NCBI RefSeq assembly: GCF_006345805.1
Contig: NC_043005.1
Location: 62,310,001-62,374,000, forward strand
DNA length: 64,000 nucleotides
Source: Octopus sinensis
Taxonomy: Eukaryota
Direction: 5' to 3'
Made by a program: the position numbers and the translations under genes. The notes under the pieces were generated by a model. It was given only the letters and a program-made list of their open reading frames with translations, was not told where the DNA came from and made no database searches. This document shows, piece after piece, positions 13,151 to 25,482 of this stretch. The number at the start of each line of letters is the position of its first letter. Within the stretch, counting starts at the first letter, position 1.

Positions 13151-14269
13151 ATAAAAAGCATCTACTACACTCTCAGAGTGGTTGGCATTATGAAGGGCTG
13201 GAGCCTGGTGCAGCTTCCTGGCTTGCCAGTCCCCAGTCAAACCCATGCCAACATGGAAAACGGATGTTAAACAATGATGATGATGATAAAACTGGTCCAT
13301 GATACAATAAAGGTTGTGGTTTGCATCTGTAAAGGGTTATGACAATTTCCTTCCCTTCTGACATAAATATTAAAAAAAAAACAGCCAAAAGTTGTATAGA
13401 TATCAAATTTATAAATATCACAAAAACAATTTTTGTGATGCTTTTGCAGCTTTTTTAATAAAGTATATATACGTGTATGTGTGTGTGTGTTTGTGTGTGT
13501 GTTTGTATGGGTAGATAAATATATGATATAATTTTTAAAGATGAGATTAATAGTCTGAAAAATTATAATCCTATTAAGAATAATTCATCTAAGACATTTA
13601 GACATTTAATTAGCTTAATGTATGTTATCATTAAGAGACATTTAACATAAATAGTACACAGATATGTATGTTTCATTTACTCTAGACATATCTTGTACTA
13701 TAGCTTTATTATTATAGTCAATATGAAGTTAATTTGCATACAGAACTCCAGTATGATGCACCATAAAATTACAAGACTTGTAATCTGTCAATATGTCATT
13801 CTCTTCCTGTGTTAAAAGAAAAGATTTATAATTTTATTTAGTCGGATGAAGTGAGCCATTATTTCATGTCAGCTTAACATATATGTTTACTAACTGAGTA
13901 CTGAACCAACAAGTTAACTTCTATACAGTAACCCAATTTGCTAGAAATAATAGCCAAATACTTCTAACATAAATAAAATGGATATGGGGAAACATAGATA
14001 GATATGTTATTAAGAGTTTGCTCTGAAATATGTGAATCCAGGTTTGTTCCTGCTGTATGGTACTTTTGAAAAGTATCTTTTATCATAGCTTTGAGTTGAG
14101 CAATGCATTATGAGTGGAAACTGGTAGAAGGGAATTGTGTAGAAGCCCGTCATGCATGTATCTAACTATGAATGTATTTACATGTGTATCTAACTATACA
14201 TAGTTAGATACATGTGTATTTAACTATGAATGTATTTACATATATATGCATGCAAAAGTATGTGTATAT

Positions 14270-14650
14270 CTTTTATCTTTTGTTTCAGTTATGGGGCTTT
14301 AGCCATGTGGAGGTACTGCTCAGGAGGGTTTTAGTTGAACAAATCAACCACAGTATTTATTTTTTAAAGACTGGTATGTATTCTATTATTCTCTTTTGTC
14401 AAACTATTAAGTGTTAAACAAACTAATACCAGCTGCCAAGCAATGGGAGTTGGATAAACACACACACACACACACACACAGAAGATAGGCTTCCAAACAG
14501 TTTCTGTCTACTAAATTCACTCACAACGTATTGCCAGCCAGTCAGCCAGCAGCTATAGTTGAAAGCACTTACCCAAGGTTCTGTGCAGCTGGACTGAACC
14601 TAAAACTATGTGGTCGCAAAGTAAGCCCCTTAACCATACAGCCATTCCTC
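14270..14650 (-). mobile_element. SINE family 1 (CORE-type), diverged
   Basis: Reverse-complement similarity to 29065-29515. Confidence 0.65.
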
Positions 14651-15369
14651 TGTGTGTGTGTGTATGTGTGCATGAACATACATACACCCACACATATACA
14701 TATATATATATGTATATATATATATATCTTTATATATATATATGAAGATTACTATTGCAGCAATAAAATATACTTTCCGTTTTAGGCATAAAACCAGCAA
14801 TTTTTGAGGGGAAGGGTATAGTTGATTAAACTGATACCAGTATTAAATTGGTACTTTATTTTATTAGCGTCTCATATGATGATAGCAAGATGGTGTCATT
14901 TGAACTCAGGATATAAAGGGGTTAAAAAAATATGTGATATTTTGTCCGGTGCTCTAACAATCTTGTTAGTAGCAATAAATTATAAACCTCAATATGTGAA
15001 GTATCCTTACATGAATTCTAACTGAGTGGCTCAAAAATGCCAGCATTTTGAGTTTTGCATCACTGCTCTTTCAGCTGATAACTTAATCCTGTTGCCACTT
15101 AAATCATTGGACCTTTGTATATATTTTCATATATTATATGAAAGCATGCCAGCAAATCACTTATTTGTATATGCTTAAAAAGTCCTGTGAGCTCTTTCAA
15201 GAACAGGTTTTCAATCTTCTTTCTTGCAATTGCAGTTATACAATATCATCTAAAGACCTTCACAGCTTTTATTTATCGTTACATGTAGAATTGTTACTTT
15301 GAAGTAAATGTTTTACTGCTATATTAAATTGTAAAGCAAGGAGGCTTGTTATTATACAAAAAAAACATT

Positions 15370-16973
15370 TCCTTTCATATATACAAGATGCCAACAATCA
15401 TCTTTTGCTCAAACCATTTCGATTTTGGAACAAAATTTTTATTTTCTCGTTCAAAGGTCACACCACATTTCTGATCTCAAGCTATTATTTCTGTAAGCTT
15501 GCACTATAACCATAACGAATCAAGTAATTTTGATTTCATAGGGACTTGTCTCATAAAAACCATAGCAATTTTGACAAAGTTGTTGCTCTTCTTTGTTAGG
15601 ATTGACAAACAAATGTTTATGCTTACAAATTTGAGTTTTAAATGTCAGTATATACTTTGTCAATATATATGCCAATATATGCTTTGGTTCCTTGCTGCTA
15701 TTGATTTCAACACTAACACTATATACTACTAACTTTGTCAAGCGATTACTATAGAGTGGCCAATTTTCATGATTTCAGTGGTTGCATGATTCATACTGAT
15801 TAGATACTTATCCATTTTTTTCCATTCAACCATGCCACATCATATGTTCTGGTATAGCAACCTAAAATCTTACAAAATAAATAGCTAACCTTAACACAGT
15901 CTCTGTCTAATATCTTACAATATTTGTATCCCAGCAGAAAATAGTAATCTACTAAATTAATGAATTCACTAATTATATAAGTTCTCATTGCTAGATTAAA
16001 CACTGTGATTTATCATAATTTTTTTTCTTTTCTTGGGAAAATCCACTAATTCTGAATATTTCATTTATAATGTCCAGCTTCCCACTTAAACACATTTTCA
16101 CTAGAAGATATTGAGGGTATCTATTCACTAACAGTGGGACTAAGTACCTTTAAATGCTCAGCAGGTAATTTGCCTACATATGTATACAAATTTCTGATTC
16201 AGTTTGTGGTGCTGTCTAAACTAGTTGTCTGATCACAAGGCTGCATCAAGAAAATTAAGACAATAAGATTATATCTACAGTAATGCCAAGTTCTATTCCC
16301 TGAAATAATTTAATCATATTTTCCTTAAATCTAATCACTGGTATACTTTTAAATAGAAATAGACAGATATAAACTACAATCCATTTCCAGTTTCACTGGG
16401 CACTATCATATGCTCATATAGATACACTGAATATTTTGCCTCCATTTTTCATAACCCATGTTTCTGTAATTTTCTGGCATGTGTAAACATATTATGTCTA
16501 ACTTACAAATATCAGTTGTTGCTTTTGCAAAATCAAGGGCCTTCATTAACAAACGTTTGGCTATTTAACTGTTAAAGTCTTGCTACATTGAGCTGTATGA
16601 ATTTATAATTTTCCTTCTATTCTATCACTTCTATTATAACTTTAAGGAAGAAACTACTTTTACACTGAAAATTATTTCTCCTAATATACTCTTGCTAACT
16701 ATGTTTAACTCTGACTTGGTTGGGTTAATAATATAAAAGGGTTAACATTCAAAACTTAATTTGTGGTTTTTACATGTTTTAAAAGGAACTGAGATGTCAG
16801 ACATTCTTTGTTATCATCTGCCTCTAGCTTTGCTGCTAACACTTTGATTTCTTGATTAATAAATTTTAAGCCTTGCTTTTTATCTTATAAATGCTTGTTA
16901 TATTATTCAATAAAGGTCATTTTATATGTTAATATCTATACTATACATTTTATGTATTAATATCTATTCTATA
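15370..16973 (-). mobile_element. Penelope-like element relic: RT plus C-terminal GIY-YIG endonuclease
   Basis: Minus-strand translation across stops and frameshifts gives INQEIK..KNHK..IINPTKSELNIVSKSIL; KRLLMKALDFAKATTDI; FSVSI*AYDSAQ (F-x-x-x-MG-A-YDGAE); IKLFQGIELGIT; LVVYSVSVE..FKTQICKHKHLF; KCG..ERENKIL..LSKR. This is the collinear PLE order. Confidence 0.8.
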
Positions 16974-17534
16974 CAGTAGTGTAGCCAGCAGGTTCTAAAG
17001 TTGGAGGGAAGCAAGTACATAAAAAAAAGGTGCCATGGCACATACCAGAAACTCATTTCTCTTATGCTATGTGAAATATCTTATTAGTTATAATATACAT
17101 AATTATATTCTACATTCATTAATTTCATGTTTCAGTAATAATATTATTATGTATGAGACTTACAACTACCGATATAGGTGAAACCCCACAGGATACTGAA
17201 AAAGATGAAACCCCCACAGGATTGTCCAGTGTTGAGAGATTATGATATCATGGTTTGTTTTGGTTCTTCAGATGTCAGCAACCACCAGTGCATTACAGGT
17301 GATTGAGCAGATTGTTCAAAAACAGGGACATTGGTTAAATAAAGTAATGATTCTAGAAAGTTCTTCCAAGGTCATACCATTAACAAAAAACAAAAGCAGA
17401 AAGGGATTCAACTTTTATCACACAGTAAACTAAATATTTATAAACAATTGTTGAAAAGGCACCAATTTTGAAGAAATGTGCTCAAGGAGGCAGGGCTGGG
17501 GGCTGTCCTTGCTACCCTATTAGCTGTGCCACTG
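16974..17534. mobile_element. Non-autonomous hAT-like DNA transposon inserted into the Penelope relic
   Basis: Imperfect TIRs CAGTAGTGTAGC / GCTGTGCCACTG with 8-bp flanks ATTCTATA and TTACTATA (6/8 match, TSD-like). The PLE reading resumes across the insertion (..TRNLYRID..LLNNITSIYK). Confidence 0.65.
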
Positions 17535-17950
17535 TTACTATACAGGTTCTTGTGTTATTAGACAAAACAAGTAATTTATTTTATTAACATAGATACATCA
17601 TTTGTCCACTCAACTATTTTGAAAGTTGTTGTGTACTTTATAGAATATGTTTCTTTTTAGGATGCTTGAAAGGTCCTCTTCAAACTTTGCTGTGTTTTTA
17701 ATACACAATGAATTTTTGTATGTTCTGAAGCCAAATTTATTTTTTCTAATAGTTTCGAAACTCTCCGTTATCAGAACCAAACATGCAACCTTGATTGTCT
17801 TGTAACATCTTCCATTTTTTTTTTCTTTTATAATATACTATTCATATATTTCTTTGACAAAACTGTGATGATTTTTAGCTAAAACAATCACACTTGGTTT
17901 ACAAATGTATCTTTTGCCAATCTATATTCACACAGGATATATAAAAGGAC
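17535..17950 (-). mobile_element. Penelope-like relic, N-terminal part
   Basis: NKFGFRTYKNSLCIKNTAKFEEDLSSILK..NNFQN resembles the PLE N-terminal YGF..FExDL motif and is collinear with 15370-16973. Confidence 0.6.
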
Positions 17951-18084
17951 AGTACTTTATGAGAGATAACTTTTTCATTGGGTTAGCTGCTCCCTTTTCA
18001 CTTTTGCCATCAGAAATGCTGTGAAACAGAAATTAACCTATTAGAAATCTGTAACTAACACAGGAGCGGCAAGAAATCTGTGAT

Positions 18085-18480
18085 TTCCACAGGAGTGGCA
18101 AGAAGTCTGCTTTCCAACTACATGTTCAGTCCCACTGCATGGCACCTTGGCCAAGTGTCTTCTACTTTAGCCCTAGGCCAACCAAAGCCTTGTGAGTGAA
18201 TTTGGTAGACGAAACTGAAAGAATCTCATCGTACATGTGTGCATATGTGTGTGTGTAGGTGCGTCATTGTGTTTGTCCTCACCACTACATGACAGGTGGT
18301 GTTGATTTGTTTACATCCCAATAGGTTCGGAGTTTGGCAAAAAGAGACCGATAGAACAAATACCAGACTTTAAAAAAAATGTACTAGTGTCAATTTGTTT
18401 GACTAAACCCTTCAGGGCAGTGCCCCAGCATTGCAGAGATCCTAATGACTGAAACATGTAAAAGATACAAGATAATAAAG
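18085..18480 (+). mobile_element. SINE family 1 (CORE-type)
   Basis: GTTCAGTCCCACTGCATGGCACCTTGGCCAAGTGTCTTCTAC...GACTGAAAC body shared with other copies. Confidence 0.8.
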
Positions 18481-18989
18481 TTATAACTTACAAATTATGA
18501 TACGAAATAAATAATGTAGTTGTTGACAAAGTACGTCTGGAAATAAAAAGAGGGGTGATCACTGCAAGAATGCACTGATCATAGGTCAAGATTGATGTGT
18601 GGTTAAATAGTAAAGACTGGTTAATTATCCAGAAAAACAACATATTTGCACATTTGTTAAGTGATCACCTGGGTGTCCAATCTGCTTAATGAGTTAATAT
18701 TTAGCTCTGACCCTGTCATTGTTATTATTGATTGGAAAAGTAAAGCCAAGCAGTTGGTGAAGTAAACTTCACCATTACTAATATTTGTAACTTTATCATT
18801 TGATATTTGTAAACTTCATATTTGTAAACTTCATCATTACTAATGATTTCAATGATGTTTATCTAGAATTGGTGATACATTATTATCATTTAGTGGTTAT
18901 TCAACTTTGAGTGAATAAACACCTCTGATTAAAAGCATTTAGCTGCAATCATTCTTTCTTTTTAGGGGGAAATCTTAATATCGACTATT

Positions 18990-19116
18990 TAAGGGCATCC
19001 AGCCGTAGAAACATTGCCAGATCAGACTGGGCCTGGTGCAGCCTTCTGGCTTCCCAGTTGAACCGTCCAACCCATGCTAGCATGGAAAGCGGACGCTAAA
19101 TGATGATGATGATGAT
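18990..19116 (+). mobile_element. RTE 3'-tail fragment
   Basis: AAGGGCATCCAGC...CCAACCCATGCTAGCATGGAAAGCGGACGCTAAAT(GAT)n, matching the end of 11375-13290. Confidence 0.8.
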
Positions 19117-19985
19117 TCCTGAATTAAGACAGTGGAGTGTGATTTAAGGCAAATTTGGTTGTTATTTCTAGCAAGGCAAATTTGGTTGTTATTTCTAGCA
19201 AGGGGAGTAACACTACAAAGATTCTATAAATGGCACATATTAATTACTTAGTGGTTTTGTATTTTAGCAGAAAGAATAAACTAATCTTGGTATATGAAAG
19301 GTTGTAAAATTTATGAAAATATCACAAAAGAAGAACTTTGAAAAACTTAAATGATTTAAGAAAAGATTATTTAATTGATTTGAGTAATTAACTACTGTTG
19401 ACAAGAAAAAAATATTTCATATTGTTATCATACTTTATAGAAGATTAAAATTTTTTTTAGAATTTATTTTTTATCAAAGTTATTCAATTCCATTACTGAC
19501 AAGTTAACAATTTAAAATTTGTGAAGACAATGAAAACAAAAATTATTCATTTGCCACCATATTTGATTGTAAATATATTTATATGTTGTGACAGTTTTCC
19601 AATTATGAATATGATTAAAATGGAAAGTATTTGCATTTTCAAATAGTTAAATATCTTAGAATAAGATAAATATTAATGAAAATATAGCAATGGTAATGAC
19701 AACGGTGAAACATTTGTAGTTACTGCTCTGTTTGCTAATCTAACAGAGGTTTCGGATTACTATTCTCCAATGCAAAGGAATTAAGAGCATTTTATTTGTA
19801 ATTTTGAGTTATGGGCACTGTTTTGCAGGTAATTAATGCAGGCTGATCGATGTGGTACTCGAACTATTTTTTGAATGGTCTTTCTATTAAAGCATGAGTA
19901 CACTAGTGCTAGATTAACCATTAAACATTGAAGTATTGATGTACATTTTCTTAATTGGGTTGAAGGAAAATCTTCAGAAAATCTA

Positions 19986-20858
19986 CAAGGTGGTATCAAA
20001 AAGTTCTTGGACTAGTTCTGTAGCACACCAAAAGATGGCAGCACATGATTGTGTGTGCAGTGCAAACTAGCAGTGATCTTCAAGAGGCAGTGTGCCAAGT
20101 GACATTGCTGTGTTTACTTTGTAAGTTGTGAAATTTGTGTTTTTGTGATCACGTGTATGCTGTAGTCTGTGATTTTGTCATAGACAAGAACAAAGAGCCA
20201 ACAAGAAATTTCGCTTTAAACTTCAAAAGACATTGAGCATGCTTCAGCAAGCTTATGACGATGGGGCAATGAGTTGTATGCAATGTTGAGAGTGACATAG
20301 GTGCTTCAAAAGCAGAAGAACGTCCCTGGAAGATGATGAGCAATCTGGAAGATCTTCCACAAGTTTTACTCTCAGAAATGTGGTATTGTGCATCACGAAT
20401 TTGTGTCCCAGAGCCAGACCATCAGTCGAGAGTTCTACTGTGATGCTTTGAAGTGTTTGAGGGAGGACATTTGGTGAAAGCAACCAGGTCTGTGGAGCAT
20501 GAAGAATTGGATTCTTCACTGAGCTCTCCTCACTTATGAGTCTCACCAAGAATAACCTGGTAATGCTTCCAAACCCACTCTATTTACCAGATATAGCACC
20601 TGTCATCTTCCATCTCTTCCCCAAGATGAAAATGCAGGCTCAAAGGTCGCTGTTTTAACACTGTTGTCATGATCCAAAGTTAATAACAGAGGGTTCTCAA
20701 CTTATTTATGGAAAATAACTGCCAGGCCGAATTCCAAAAGTGGGACTGGTGTATTGCTGTGCAAGGTAACTATTTTGAAAGAGATGATGTTAAAACTTAG
20801 GAAATAAGTTATTTTTTATTAATCATAACTAGTCCAGAAACCTTTTTATACCACCTTG
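19986..20858 (+). mobile_element. Internally deleted mariner element (873 bp)
   Basis: TIRs CAAGGTGGTATCAAAAAG..GGACTAGTT at both ends, TA-flanked. N-terminal HTH (LEDDEQSGRSSTS) is joined directly to VHHEFVP..LPDIAP, so the first catalytic Asp region is missing. Confidence 0.9.
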
Positions 20859-23394
20859 TATATGGTGAAATTACAATGTTTTAAGTATATTTTCATGAGA
20901 CTGTTGTTCCTTGCCACTAGAAATATATCAATGAAAATCTTTGGAAATCAGAAAAAAAATCTCCCAACTGTATATTGACTTAACTAAATTTCACAAATGT
21001 AATTTTCTGGTTTCTGTATTTTGCTTTCTTTTTTTTTTTTCAAAAATTAGTTTGAATTAACAATGAACTGTTTAGAACTTTTTCAACTTCACTCACATAA
21101 ATTTGCAATATAAATATATATTTATTGAAGGAACACTGTTTGAAATCATGGCATTTCAACAATTTATAATAATTTTTACTACAGACAGTGTATTATAGCT
21201 TCTGATTCAAAGACAAGTAAGATAAAAATAAATATTTTCTTCAAAATTAAACATACCATGTTTTATTAAAATCTGTATTTTGAAAATTATTTTCAGACTG
21301 GTAGAGGACCAAAAACTTCTTGTCAATGTAATTAACTGAATCAACACTGAGCATAACAAACATTTATTGACCCAAGAGAAATGTAAAATAGCTGACTCTA
21401 GTTGTATGTGAAATCAAAATGTAAAGTAAAGCAACTAAATATTCCAAGATATTTAATTTGGTGTGTTACAATTTCTGATCTTCCTCTCTCTCATTTGCAA
21501 TGGAAGATTGCTTCTAATCTTTAGTGGTTTACTTTTCTAAATGAAGTAGCAGGAATTTATAAGATAAACAAAAAATAAACAAACAAAAAATACTTCTCCT
21601 CCAAACAATACATAAATCTTAATATATAAACAGCATCAGATATGAATCATGTTTATATTTTGACAGCAAAATTTGTTTCAGAAAATTCCATTGCATTTAG
21701 CTTAGATATGGTATAAATAAACCACAAGAAACATTCTAATAAAGCTTTTATTTTATAATTAGCGATGTCAGAAAGTCAATTGCATGTCAGAATAGAATTC
21801 AGCAAATTGCTAATAAGCTTTAATAGAAATGTGATTAATGAAGTAATGAAAAATAAATAAATGAATGAAAAAAAAACAACTTATTTGTCTTAATCAAAAA
21901 TGGTGGAAATTTATTTTAGTTACCCTGACATAACAGAATCTTAATGGTCTTAGTTATTTTGATTCAAAATTAATCCAAATGCCATCTTTACAAATATTTA
22001 AATTCAATGATTTTTTTCCAATCAAGCCACATCAGGGACTTTTGCATAAATAATATGGGGTAAAAGAAAAAAAGCTGTTGTACGGCTTTAATTCATCCTA
22101 TCAAAATGAAAGCTGATATGGTTTCATGGAAGACATTTTTTGTTGATTTTTCTATCTTTATTATAATTTTCATCTTTATTTTGAGACATGGTAACAGGTT
22201 TCATAAATAAGATTATATAAAGTGGCAGAATTTGTTCTTTTTTGGCATCAAAATATTTTGTTAAACAACATTTTTTTCTTTTACATTGTTTTCCAGAAAT
22301 ATTCGGGGAATGATATATTTTTGTAAAATAACATACTTGCTATAATGTAGAACCAAGATATTTTAAAGATATATTTTATGGTTTTGCTATACAATGAAAT
22401 CTCACATCCTCATGAAATAACAAATATTTATGGAAGTTTAAAATAATCTCAATCAACTCAACTTATGAATGTGTGCAAAATATTGTTATCATTATCAAAA
22501 TAAAAATTTCAATTCTTAATACTCTAAAAGTTCAGGTGTCTTGTTTTTACATTAAATTTTATGGGAAGGACAATATCATATAAAATATACAATATTGTGT
22601 ATTTTTAAGGTAACCTATAAAATATAAAATATTTTGAAATAAAGTGTTCTTATTGCCAACTGATGTAATTTCTCCATATTCTCTTTTCACATTATTTATA
22701 TCTACTGATATGGGTTTCAAAAATTAAATATAATCTAAAAAAAGGAAAAGCAATAAAGCCAGCTTTAGAAAATAATAAGTATCTTTAAAAAAATTGATAA
22801 AATATTAAAACATTAAATATACTTTCATCACTAGAACTAAATTCTTTCTGTGGTAATAGTATTTTATGGGATTATAAAAGAACAAAAAAATTTTAACATA
22901 TGGTTTCTTCATACTTGCAATTCTTATATAAGTCATACTTGTCAAAATTTTACAGAGATGTCATAATAAAATGTGTACCAAAATGCCAACTAGTTTTATT
23001 GATTTTAATGTTTAAGGCCAGCCATAATTCATAAGATTGGGATGGGAAAAGTGAACTAGTCTAAAGAAAGTATTGTAAAAGCTAATTAATATACAATTAT
23101 AGGAAAGAATATTGATGCAAGAATTCTAATAATCAAGGCAGAAATTTAAAAAAACAACAACAAATAGATGAAAAAAAGCAACCAATTATAATTAAAATTA
23201 TATGGAAGGTAACACAGCTTGATTATCAAAATTTTCAATAAGTGAAAGCATATTTCATTTTTATAAAGTATTAATATGTTTTAAACTTATTTAGTTTTTC
23301 TGTAAAATAAAGAAGCTAATTAGCTCTTGAAATTACTCACAGAAACTTTATCCTATGGCTAGTCAAAATATATTCTTATGTATCCCGACACATG

Positions 23395-23418
23395 CATACA
23401 CACACGTTCACATATGTA

Positions 23419-23496
<78 letters not shown>

Positions 23497-23976
23497 TGCA
23501 CACATACATACACACATATAAATATATATATATATACATGCATACATATATATATATATATGCATATATACATACATATATATACATATATACATATATA
23601 TATGCATATATACATATTATATGCATATATACATACATATATATATGCATATATACATATATATATGCATATATACATACATATATACATATATATATGT
23701 ATATATATACATACATATATATATATATGCATATATACATACATATATATGCATATATACATATATATATATATGTATATATACATACATATTTATATAT
23801 GCATATATATATATATATATGCATGCATATATACATATATATATGCATATATATATATATATATGCATGCATATATACATACATATATATATACATATAA
23901 TATATATATATGCATGCATATATACATACATATATATATATACATATATATATATATTATATATATATATTATATA

Positions 23977-24017
<41 letters not shown>
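23395..24017. repeat. Long mosaic microsatellite (CT, TA, CA, ATAC, ATGC)
   Basis: Direct reading; source of the spurious YI/HI-rich ORFs. Confidence 0.95.
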
Positions 24018-24019
<2 letters not shown>

Positions 24020-24824
24020 AATAATAGACAGTTAAAGGTATGTTTCTGATGTCATTGTTAATAAATAAAATGCACTGAAGGGTTCACAGATTCTCTTTGG
24101 TTTCAAATATTTATTGATGAAGTAAAATCCTTACAGAAAGTAGTCCAAACCCAACACCTGGAGAAATCCTATGCATGAAAGTGGTGGATGTGGAAAAGAC
24201 ACCAAAATACAAGAGAAAAAAACAATACACACTATAGATATTAATATAAATATTAGGAAAAAAAAAGCAATATTTATTGTTTCACTAAGAATGATTGTTG
24301 GATGGTAATGCTCAGGGAACTGAAATGTTAGAGGAATGAAGAAAACAAATGTGAATACTTAGGGATTACATTGAGAGCACATAAAAGAAAAATTAAAATA
24401 ATGCAGTGTCATGTGAAATTTGCCTTGTTCAACCCATCATTCCCATAAAACAAAATGTTTAAAAAGAAAATATGCCAACTTCATCCAGATTCATTTCATG
24501 CTTGTTGAGAAGGAAGAAATTAATTTTTTTATTAATCATATTTTTGAGAAGGAAGAAATAATTTTTTTTTACTAATCATTTACATATTTTAATAAAAATT
24601 GAAAACAAATGACAAGATTAATCTGTTATTGAAACAGCTATTCTATAAATCCACGCAAATGTTTAACCCAGTCTATTCAGAAGTAATGCTATTTAGCATA
24701 AAAGTTGTATGTATGTAATTAATTAACTGCTCACATTTTAATGTAAATGATATGTGGTTTGAGTTTCATCAGGAGACTTGTTTAATATTTCTGTTTTAAA
24801 TTGGTCATTATAATGTCAAATATT

Positions 24825-25274
24825 GGTTTTAAATTTTGGCACAAAACCAGTAAGTTTTGTGGGGTAGTAAGTCAATTACATCAGCTCCAGTGCTCAACTG
24901 GTACTTATTTTATCGATCCTGAAAGACTCAAAAGCAAAATTGACCTTGGTGGAATTTGAACTAAGAATGTAAAGACAGATGAAATGCTGCTAAGCATTTC
25001 ACCCAGCATGCTAATGATTCTTCCAGCTCACCACCTTATATAATGTCTAATATTGAGTTCAAATGTTTGGTATAAGGCCAGCAATGTTGGGGGAGGGGTA
25101 AAAACCTGATTACATCAACCCCAGTGCTCAACTGGTACATATTTTATTGACCCCAAAAGGATAAAAAGCAAAGTCGACCTTGGCTGAATTTGAACTCAGA
25201 ACTTAGAGACAGACGAAATGTTGCTAGGTATTTCACTCAGCATGCTAATCATTCTCTAAGCTCACTGCCTTATT
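24825..25274 (-). mobile_element. Two tandem SINE family 2 (Meta-type) copies
   Basis: Two reverse-complement copies separated and flanked by TAATGTC(A/T)AATATT at 24811, 25041 and 25275. Confidence 0.8.
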
Positions 25275-25350
25275 TAATGTCTAATATTAAAACACAACCA
25301 TAATTAAAAGATTTTGTAGGCTAAAAAGAATATTATAAATAGCATCTTAC

Positions 25351-25482
25351 CAGAGGCTCTTCATTTTTAATAATCCTTACAATCTTGACAGGCTCTTCAG
25401 CATCACTAACATCATGTGACACAGAGAACATCCTTGGTTCATAGTCACGACAGGCCACCTTATCATGGGTGTAAAGGAGGGC
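25351..25482 (-). CDS. MPP7: Internal coding exon (132 nt, phase 0-0) of a p55-subfamily MAGUK, MPP7/Skiff-Metro-like: end of L27 domain plus first PDZ strand
   Basis: Acceptor tattttttttcttttAG and donor GTaagat. Peptide ALLYTHDKVACRDYEPRMFSVSHDVSDAEEPVKIVRIIKNEEPL aligns without gaps to the 44-aa MPP7 stretch I recall ([44 protein letters not shown]). MAGUK identity is strong; exact orthology (MPP7 vs MPP3/4) needs a search. Confidence 0.88.

Larger units (their letters stand above)
11375..13290 (+). mobile_element. 5'-truncated RTE/RTEX-like LINE: RT pseudogene plus long 3' UTR with minisatellite and (GAT)n tail
   Basis: DLEK-FDKV, GVHQRSTLSPFLF, LYADDLAL and YLGD motifs, a Cys-rich insert CLICRKGVGRNSIRCTQCKLWTHKRC, and GRGRPRKT. 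Runs without an obvious break into the repeat-rich UTR and the CCAACATGGAAAACGGATGTTAAAC(GAT)n tail. Several stops. Confidence 0.9.

Noticed and set aside
16507-16560. Minus-strand exon-like segment KRLLMKALDFAKATTDI with a GTAAGT donor
   Set aside because: It is part of the Penelope RT relic; homology continues across both apparent splice sites.
17272-17343. Plus-strand exon-like segment MSATTSALQVIEQIVQKQGHWLNK with AG/GT boundaries
   Set aside because: It lies inside the hAT-like insertion, is opposite to the host gene, and has no recognisable partner exons.
23355-24049. Long ORFs (up to 210 aa) rich in Y/I/H/M/C, and similar ORFs at ~1-3.7 kb, 7.8-8.3 kb, 28.7 kb and 63 kb
   Set aside because: They are stop-free translations of TA/CA/GATA microsatellites, not genes.
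24135-24168. 34-nt minus-strand micro-exon candidate following the MAGUK exon
   Set aside because: The phase-0 reading (DFSRCWVWTTF) does not continue the PDZ and shifts frame; no support.
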